DNA from: Chrysochromulina tobinii
Taxonomy: Eukaryota
Assembly: GCA_001275005.1 (NCBI GenBank)
Contig: JWZX01002597.1
Span: 1 to 36,140, forward strand
Direction of reading: 5' to 3'
DNA: 36,140 nt
The first letter of the stretch is position 1, and the number at the start of each line of letters is the position of its first letter. A model generated the notes under the pieces. The model did not search any database, was not told the origin of the DNA, and worked only from the letters and a program-made list of their open reading frames with translations. Below, piece after piece: positions 27,968 through 36,140 of the stretch. Position numbers and translations under genes: made by a program.

Positions 27968-30900
27968 CTAGTCGGGCTGGAACAGCATGCAGACGGAGGC
28001 AAGGATCCACTTGTTCGGGTCCACGTTTGTGCGCAGCGGCGCGGGCAGGATGTGCGTCGGGCCGCGGATGGTGGTGCCGTACATCGGGCACATGTAACGT
28101 CCCTCAGTCCTTACATTCTGCACCTCGATGCCGGTGAAGTGGACGACGGGCATCCAAGGGTAGAGGTCCTTGGGGAAGGAGTCGGCGACCGAGTTGAGGG
28201 CAACGTCCCACCGCGCGCCCTCCATGAAGAAGCCGTGGCAGTAGACGCCGTCCGGTGGCTGCTTCTCGATGTCGCCATGGTTCTTCTCCTTCGTGTGCGA
28301 GCCCATCGCGCACACGTTGGGCAGGATCTCCGAGTGCACGCGCATCGCGTCCAGGGAGAAGCCATTTGCGCGCGAGGTCACCTGCGTCATCGCCGTGAGG
28401 AAGCCCATCGCATTGAAGCAGCCGCCGAGCCACACCGAGGGCGGGTTGTCCTCGAGGGGCTTGTCGGGGCTCGACCAGACCTCGATCTGCAGCCAGCGCA
28501 GCGTCAGGTCGGCGTACCACGAGGAGAGAGACTTCTTGTTGTATGAGCCGGTGGGCCCGATCTGGCCGCACGTCTTGAGCCAGTTGGGCGGCACCAGGTT
28601 CATGAACATGGCGGTGATGAGCGCGTCCATCGAGTCCGAGATGTTGAGCGCACCCGCAAGGCCGAGTGCGAGCTCGTTGAGCTGCATGCGCATCGCACCC
28701 AAGATCTTGTTCATGCGCTCGAGCTCTCCGAGCAGGAAGACGACGTACGGCGAGCCCTTGTCCTTGATACGCATGCGGATCTCGATCATCTGGAAGTCCT
28801 CGCGCAGGCTCGCGAGGATAGCCTCCTGCAGCGCGCCCACCTTCTCCTCTTTCGAAACGCCACCGCCGCCGCCGCCGCCGCCCGAGATCGAGAGGATCGT
28901 GAAGAAGAGGTTGTCGCACAGGTTGTTGAGCAGCGAGATCTCGGCGTTCGGGTGCATGCCGAAGAGCAGCGGCGACTCGGGCGGCGACGCCTCCTCGACG
29001 TAGATCTTGTAGTCCTCGTACTCGCCCTCGAGCAGCGGGCGCAGGCCGGGAGCGAGCATGAAGTCGGTGTGCTCGTTGACGAGCTTCGGGTTGATGAGCA
29101 CCTCGAGGTATGTGATGGCGATGCGCCGGTCGTACGGGTCGGTGATGTGCCCGCCGTACATGACCTCGCCCACGAGGTAACGCACGTCCGCCCACGGCGT
29201 GTCAAGCTCATTGGCCTCGAGGTAGTTCTGGAGGATCGCGCCGCACACGAGCAAGTCGCCGCTGTTGAAGGCGTACGCGCGCGAGAAGCCCATGGCGGCA
29301 AACTTGCGCCGGCCGAGCACGAGCGCGTGGAAGAAGGTGAGCGCGAAGAGCATCGGCCGGTGAGCGAGCGGCTTGGTCGACTTATCGAAGGTCTCCTGGT
29401 TGAACATGGCCCACGAGAGGCGCACGTTGGACTGCACGTCGGTGGGCGGCTCGTTGGCCACCTTGATGGCCGCCTGCATGATGCCCTCGGGGATGAGCAT
29501 GAACGTGGGCAAGCCGGGCGGCTCGGCGGTCACGAAGCAGCGGAAGTTCTCGTGCCCGACGTCGGCGGCGATCTCGAGCTTGCGCTCAAGCATCGGCAGC
29601 CAGCCCTGCATAAGGTGCACGTTCTGCAAAAAGGCCCAGCCGCCCTCGCGCGTGAAGCGGTCGAGCACGTTCTCGCCGTTCTTCTCCTGGCCCTGGCCCA
29701 TCGAGATGGAGACGAAGTTGCCCAGCAGGTCGGTGAAGCCGAGCTTCTTGCCGAGCTTCTCGATGTCATCGCCCGGGTCGACGCCCGGGAAGAGCACAAA
29801 GAAGAGCGGCGTCTGATACGTCGAGTCGATGTAGGTGTCCTCGAGGTCAAAGGGGGCCTGTACCATGAAGCGGTCGCCCAGGTAAGTCTTGGTGAAGTTC
29901 GTGAGCGCGGCGGTCATGCGGTCCGTGCGCAGGGCGCGGATGATGCAGAGCTTCTGGAAGCCCGTGGTCTTCTTGAGCCAGTCGCCGGGCAGGTCCTCGC
30001 TCTCACACTTGGGGTGCTCAACGAACTCGCGCCACGCCTCCACGTTGAGCTCGAGGTCCTCGGGCAAAGCCTTGAAGAATTCAATCTCCTTGAGCGCGGC
30101 CACGCCGCTCCACTGCGCCATGGTGAGGTACTCCTGCACCTTAGCCGTCATCTGCGGCGGGTTAAGGACGCGGGGCCCCGAGACGAGGTAGTCGACGGTG
30201 TCGGCCTGCACCTCCCCACGGCGCATGAGCACGCGTAGCAGGAGCATCGTCGCAACGATAAGCTTGTGCTTGTCGAAGAGGCCGCGGCGCGAGTAGTTGA
30301 AGACCTCATACGTGAGGTTGTCCACGAGGTAGGCGAGGCGCTCCTGCAGCGCCCTGGCCTCCGCCTTGGGGTCCCTCTCCTCGCCGCCCGTGGCGGCCGC
30401 CGCCGCCTCCTTCTCCTTGAGGCGCTTGAGCTTGAGCTTGGGCAGGATGTTGTTGTCGCCATTGTCATCCTCCCAGTCATCGCCCGGCAGCTTGCGCCCG
30501 GCGATGGCGCGCTGGAAGACGATGTTGAACGAGGCGAGCGAGTAGAAGTGGAAAGTGTGCACCTGTACAGATCCGAGAGCAGGAAGAACATGAGCGCGCC
30601 GCGGTTGGCCACCGGACGGTACATCTCCGAGGCCTCGATCATGACCACCTCGGTCTGCTTGGCGATCACAATCTTCTCGCCCACCTCGATCGAGGTGGCC
30701 TTCGAGTCTTCGAGGTTCTCGATGAGCTCAATGTTCTCGGTCACGTCGCCTTCAGCCTCGGCGAGCTGCTTGAGGATGCCCGCCTCGAGCTCGGAGAGCT
30801 TGATCTTGAAGCCGTTCTGCTGCGCGATCAGGTCTGACTTGAGCTGCGCCAGGTCGGGGCGCTCGAGCTTCACGGCCACGTCGAGCAGCTGGTCCTCGAG

Positions 30901-33900
30901 GCCGTCCTCGGTGACCATGAAGTTGACGAGCGTCGTCTCGGCCTGGATCTCGGGCGGGTAGTGCGGGTTCGAGAGCTTCGTCTGCAAGTAGAGCTTGAAG
31001 TTGGGCGAGTAGTCCACCTCCTTGTCACCGAGCTTGACAATCTGGTTGCGCCCGCGCTTGATCGTCTGGCGCCCGATGACGGGGCTGAGCACAGCGTCGA
31101 CGACCAGCTGGATGTTCTCGATCATGCACGGCGAGCCACTCTCGATGCACGTGCCGAGGATCGTCATGATCGTCTTCTGGCCGAGACGCACCACTTTGAG
31201 GCCGCGCGCCTCCTCGTGCTTCTTGATCCACTTGATGCCCTGCAGCTGCGGGTCGATCATGAGCGGCCAGCGCGCGCAGCTCGTGACGATGGCGCCGTTC
31301 TCCGTCGACACAGGGTCGGCGGGCAGCGCCTCGTTGTTCCAACCGGCCACCTGAGCGGGCGTCGTGAGAATGAGGAGCGGATTCAAGCCCTTCTCGGACA
31401 TGGGCACGCCGCCCTTGGCTGCGGGCATCTCGCCCTTGAGGTAAGGCAAGAAGGTCTTCTGCATCAGCGAGATGCGGAAGCGCTTGTTGAAGCAGCCAAT
31501 GTACGAGACGAAGGCCGAGGCGAGCAGCACGTCGCCTACGAGGATATCCATCTCGATGTTGAAGTCGATTATGCCCTGCTTCCAGCGAGCGCCCTCGGAG
31601 CCAAGCGCCGCCATCAGACGCTGCGCGAGGCCGAGCTTGCGCTCGCATCGGTCCGCGTCGGCGAGCACCGCCTCCTTCTCGGCGACGGCGGCTGCGAAGA
31701 GCTTCTCGAGCTCTGCGACAGTCGCCTCGGCGGTGGCCTTGGCGGCGAGCGCCGCGTTCTTGGAGGCGACGGCCGTGTCGAGCTCCTGGGTGGCGGACAA
31801 GGCCTGCAGACGCATGGGCTCCACGTTCTCGTTGATGTCGTTGTAGATGTTGATGTTGATGATGAAGTCGGTGAGGCCGGCGGCCGCGTTCGACTTCTTG
31901 CGCTGGATCTCGACGTCGAACCACTCGAGCTTGAGCAGGTCCTGGATGTTGGCGAAGTTGGACTTGGGCAGCTCGCCACTGTCGATGCGAGCTTTGAAGC
32001 CGAGCATGGTCTCGAGGAACTTGGGCGGCGGCGACATCATGGCCACCGCTGCCTTCCAGCTCGTGTCGATTTTCTTGAAGGGCGCGTCCTTGGTCTGCAG
32101 CAAGCAGATGCACGCGGCGGTCACGTCGTCGACGCCCTGAGGCGGCTTCTTGAGCGCCTTGAGCTCGCCGAGATCCTTGACGTTCAGACCCTCGAGCGCG
32201 GCCGCGGCGGCGACGAGCGCGGGCTCTGCCGCCGCCAGCTTGACCTCAATGCCCGCCTTCATCTCGACCACCTCCTTCTCCTTGATCGTGGCGGCCGCGG
32301 CGATCTTATTGGCCTTACCGGCCTCCTCGCTGGCCTTGCCCTTCTCCTCCTCAAGTTTGGGGATCATTGCATCAACCTCAGCCTTCTTCGCCTCGACCTC
32401 TACGGCCTTGACCTTGAGGTTCTCCTCGAGCTCGGAGACCGACGCGGCAGTCGACTCGAGCTTGATCACGCCGTTCGTGAGGCGCGTGATGTTCGCCTGG
32501 GTCGCTTCGCGCCGCTTGGAGAGCATCGACTTGTAGAGTGCGATCAGCTCGAGGAAGGACTTGGGCGTCGTGTAGTTGAAGCGGCGCTCCTGCGACTCGT
32601 AGAGCTCTGACGTCTTGTTCACAGCGAGGAAGGAGTACGGCATGAAGTTCTGGATGTTGTCGCGCGCCTCCTGGTTGCCCAGGTCGGTCTCGGCGAGGAA
32701 CTTCCGCGAGACGGAGATGAGTGCCTCCTCAGGCCATGGCTGGAACCAGTCGATGACGACACAGTTCACGAGCGCGGGGAAGCGACGCGTGCGCACCTTG
32801 ATCGGGTCGCCGATGGGGCTCATGCACATGATCACGTGCAGGTTGTCGCGCACTGAGTTGATGAAGCAGTCCCAGCAGTTGTCGCGCGTGTCGGGTAGAC
32901 CGTTGCGCTTGACGATCGGTCGCACGTTGTTGATGATGTCGTCCATATCCTCGGCGGGGAAGAGGCCGGGGATGTTGCCGGACGAGAGCAAGTCGTTCAT
33001 GAACACGAGGAAGCGCTCGTCAGCAATCTGCTGGTCGGTGAAGATGAACGAGATGCCCTCGCCCTTCACGCCCGCCTTCTTGTACATGATCTGCAGGTCT
33101 GCCTTGAGGTCGTTGACGGAATAGCGCGCAGTGATCACGAGCTGGAAGGCCGAGAAGCCGTTGACGAACGTGGCGAGGCGCGCGAGCGACTGCTTGCCCA
33201 TGCCGCCGACACCGACCATGAGGGCGTGACCGCCGCTGCTCTCGATGATGCGCGAGATGCGGCACACGTGGCGCATGGCGTCCTCGAAGAGCACGAGGTT
33301 CATCGCGGCGTTGGTCTCGTTGTACTCGGCGAGCGCGCCGTTGAGCAGGCCGGACAGGTCAGGGAAATTGCTCACCTTGTCGTAGATCTTGTCGCCCACG
33401 CCCTGCGCAAAGTGGCAGAAGATGAGCGGCTCGGCGAAGAGCGTCGTGGGCGACATCTCCTTGAAGAACTTTTTGGCCTGCTCGAGCGCGAGCTCCTTGT
33501 ACTTTTTGAGGTCGGAGACGGAGACGAGACGGTCGCCGTACACGCGCTCGGACTCGTGCAGCCAGAGCTGCGCGAGCTTGAGCGGCTCGGGCACCTGCCC
33601 TGCCTGGCCCATGAGCATCCCCTGGAAGACACCCGCCATGTGGCGCACGTTGAACTCGTAGTGGAAGTTGCTTGCCGTCTTGCGGAAGGTGCGCATCACC
33701 GACTTGTGCAGCTGCAGCGCCGCCTGCACAAGCGCCTTGCCCGTCTCCTGGCACTCGGGGGTGAACTTGGAGAGGTGGCCCATGAGGAAGGTGGCGTAGA
33801 TGGTCGAGAGCGCCTCGCTCGAGGGGAAGCCGATGGCGTACGTGGCGAACAGGCGCTGCAGACGCGGGTTGATGACGAACGAGCCTGCGGTTGGGTTCAT

Positions 33901-36140
33901 GGCAGAGAGGTACTGCGTGTTGAGCAGCACCTTCTCCGTCAACTTGTTCAGGTCGTAGATGTGGCCGTAGCCCGCGTGCTGGCGCATGAGCGAGATGTTC
34001 GAGGCGGTGCCATAGTTGTCGAGCGCCGCCATGTTGAGATCGTCCACGAAGTAGATGAGTTTCTTGTTTCCGGGCGGGCCAAAGTTCTTGCCCGCCTTCT
34101 TCTCGAGCGGCGCCTCGATGACTTTCGAGAACAGGTTGGCGTTCGTGAAGTACGAGATGTTGATGGTGAGCGAGCTGTACTCCTCGGGCAGCCCGCGCAG
34201 CTTGCCGTTGATCATGGCGGTCTTGCCGCAGCCGGCCGAGCCGATGAGCATCATACCGAACTTGTTCGGGAGCAGCTGGTCGAGCCAGAAGGAGATGGCG
34301 ACCGTCTCCATGGTGGGCACGGTCACAACCGACATCTTGGTCGTGGCCGAGTCGAACGCCAGCTCGGGCACCACGTCGGACCAGGGGGCGAAGTCTTTCT
34401 TGGCCTTGTCGATGAAGACGTCGAAGACCTCGCCGCGGTGCGGGAACTTGATGACCTTGAAGGTATCCTTCCAGTACTGCGAAAACTTCTTGCGGTAGTC
34501 GGTGCCGCTCGTGATCGACATGGCGCCGCCAAAGGCCCAAACGGCTGAGAAGACAAAGTAGATCTCCATCATCTCGGCGTCCTTGGTGCCCAGGTTATCG
34601 ACGGTCCAGAGCGACTTCAAAAAGTTGGTGATCGCCTGCACCATGCCGAAGTCGAGCAGCGGCGTCACGTGCTTGTAGTTGAGCGAGAGCTCGAGCAGCA
34701 CCGGCGCGCAGTACTTGGCGAAGAGCTCCTCGGCCTTGGCCTTGCGCGCCTTGCGCGCGTCGCCCTTGACGGAGACGGGCTCCTCGCTCGACCAGTCGTC
34801 AATCCACGACTGAACGTAGTTCTTCCACTGCGCCAAGTCCGAAATGTAGAGCACGCCCGCACGCGTGACAGTCGCGGGCGACGCGAACAAGAGGTCACGG
34901 ATCTCGAAGATGAGCTTCATGTTCTGCAGCACACGGACGCGCTCGTTGGAGGCGAGCGTGAGCAGACGGTTGTCATCCATCACCGAGTTCATGTTCTCGA
35001 TCCAGTTGGCGTCGAGGTCACCGTCGAGGATGAGCCACTTCGGGTTGGAGTCGGTCGCGTTCTGCATGTCACGCATCGTCGACGAGAGCAGGCCATCCTT
35101 CCACTCGCGCGTGGCCATGTTGATGAAGCCGTACAGCTCGTTGGGCGTGATGGCCTTCGGGTTGATGTCCTTCCACCAAGTCTTGCCCATCTTGCCGCCC
35201 TTCGTCCACACGCGCGCGAGCGTCTGCCACGACATCGACTTGTTCGAGCCCGACAGGCCAATGCAGAAGACAGAGTGGCGCAGCGAGAGCAGGTCCTGCA
35301 AGTCGACCACGTTGGCGATGAAGTACTCCTCGGGCTGCAGCCTCGGTGGGAAGCGCCCACCCATGACCCCACCGCCTCCCAAGCGCCCACTCGTGTCGGG
35401 CTCCATAGCAGTATCCTTGATGAGCTGCTCGAATTCGTAGTCGCGCATGCGGGGCATGAGGTCGAAGACGTCGCCGAAGAGGTCCTTGATGAGACCCATG
35501 AAGACGATCGCGTCGTCGCCCGCAATCTTGGAGAGGTTGAAGTCGCGTAGCGCGCGCATGAGCAGGCCCGACTCATAGACGTCAGGGAAGAGTCCCTTCT
35601 TGCCAGGGCCGTTGGGCCCGTCGCGCTTGAGGTGCGGCGGCATGATCGGGCCGGTCTCGGAGGCGAGCATGTCCTTCTCGGCACGGAGGAAGATACCCGC
35701 GACCTTGAGCACCGAGCCGATGGCGCGCAGGCCCCAGTCGTAGTGCAGCTGCTTGCCGGGCGGCGACGGGTTGCCGCCGAGCAGGTCGCCGCTGAGCTTG
35801 TACAGCGTGTAGAACTTCTTGCCGAGCTCGGCGGCGGTCGTGTAGCCCTCGGACATGAGCATGTTCTCCATGATGAGCTGGAAGTCGGGGACCATGACAG
35901 TCACGGGGCGGAAGAGCACCTTGAGCGACTCGGGCAGCTCCTGGCGCCCAAGATAGCCGGGGTTCATCGTGATGAACGACATGCAGCCGTCGTAGTGCAA
36001 GTAGAGCTCGACGCCAATGAAGCGGAACGTGGATCCGCCCGCGCGCATGCCGTCGAGGCAGCACTTCCACTGGATGGTGCACACCGAGAGCACCTCGGCT
36101 GCGAGCCGGTTGAACTCGTCGAAGCAGCCCCACGAGCCCG
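27968..36140 (-). CDS. Axonemal outer-arm dynein heavy chain (alpha/beta class), 5'-partial, AAA1 to C-terminus; 1-nt frameshift at 30563-30564
   Basis: WGCFDEFNR, FITMNPGY.GR.ELP, HYDWGLR, P-loops GLSGSNKS, GSAGCGKT and GVGGMGKQ, stalk coiled coil, RWPLMIDPQLQG, ISMGQGQ, FLQNVHL, YGGHITD, EGARWD; ORFs 36093-30148 and 30562-27968 are collinear. Confidence 0.96.

Noticed and set aside
27968..30562. Separate gene for the dynein C-terminal 864 aa
   Set aside because: It continues the upstream motor domain directly across a 1-nt frameshift and starts at GTG rather than ATG.
28104..35550. Long antisense and alternate-frame ORFs over the dynein (e.g. 30961-32610 +, 33226-34548 +)
   Set aside because: These are shadow ORFs expected from strong GC3 bias; they show no motifs. 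The same applies to those overlapping NAA35, PheRS and the repeat protein.

Overview
GC-rich, gene-dense eukaryotic DNA with few, short GT-AG introns. It probably comes from a flagellated alga, and a haptophyte is inferred from the axonemal dynein, (CCCTAA)-type repeats, a bipartite-looking plastid presequence and the (ATTGCCTCTG)n repeat. Genes supported by the sequence: SLC35A nucleotide-sugar transporter, LpxB lipid-A-disaccharide synthase, a MED30-like protein, a DEAD-box helicase, a CaaX-tailed TKL kinase, a small membrane protein, a ~1130-1165 aa internal-repeat protein, a sulfotransferase, a hypothetical protein, an SLC25 carrier, a SMYD SET-MYND protein, NAA35/MAK10, organellar PheRS, a GT47 exostosin-like enzyme and the C-terminal part of an outer-arm dynein heavy chain with a 1-nt frameshift. 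The most striking signal is in the introns. Two of them (LpxB 4122-4206, helicase 6047-6130) sit inside direct duplications of a CAG|GT exon site and are filled with simple repeats, one telomere-like, that contain branch-point-like motifs. This looks like recent intron birth by duplication plus repeat filler. Other notable items are a PDZ-like domain nested inside the MYND finger of the SMYD protein and a repeat protein I do not recognise. Family calls are from motif recognition only; no searches were run.
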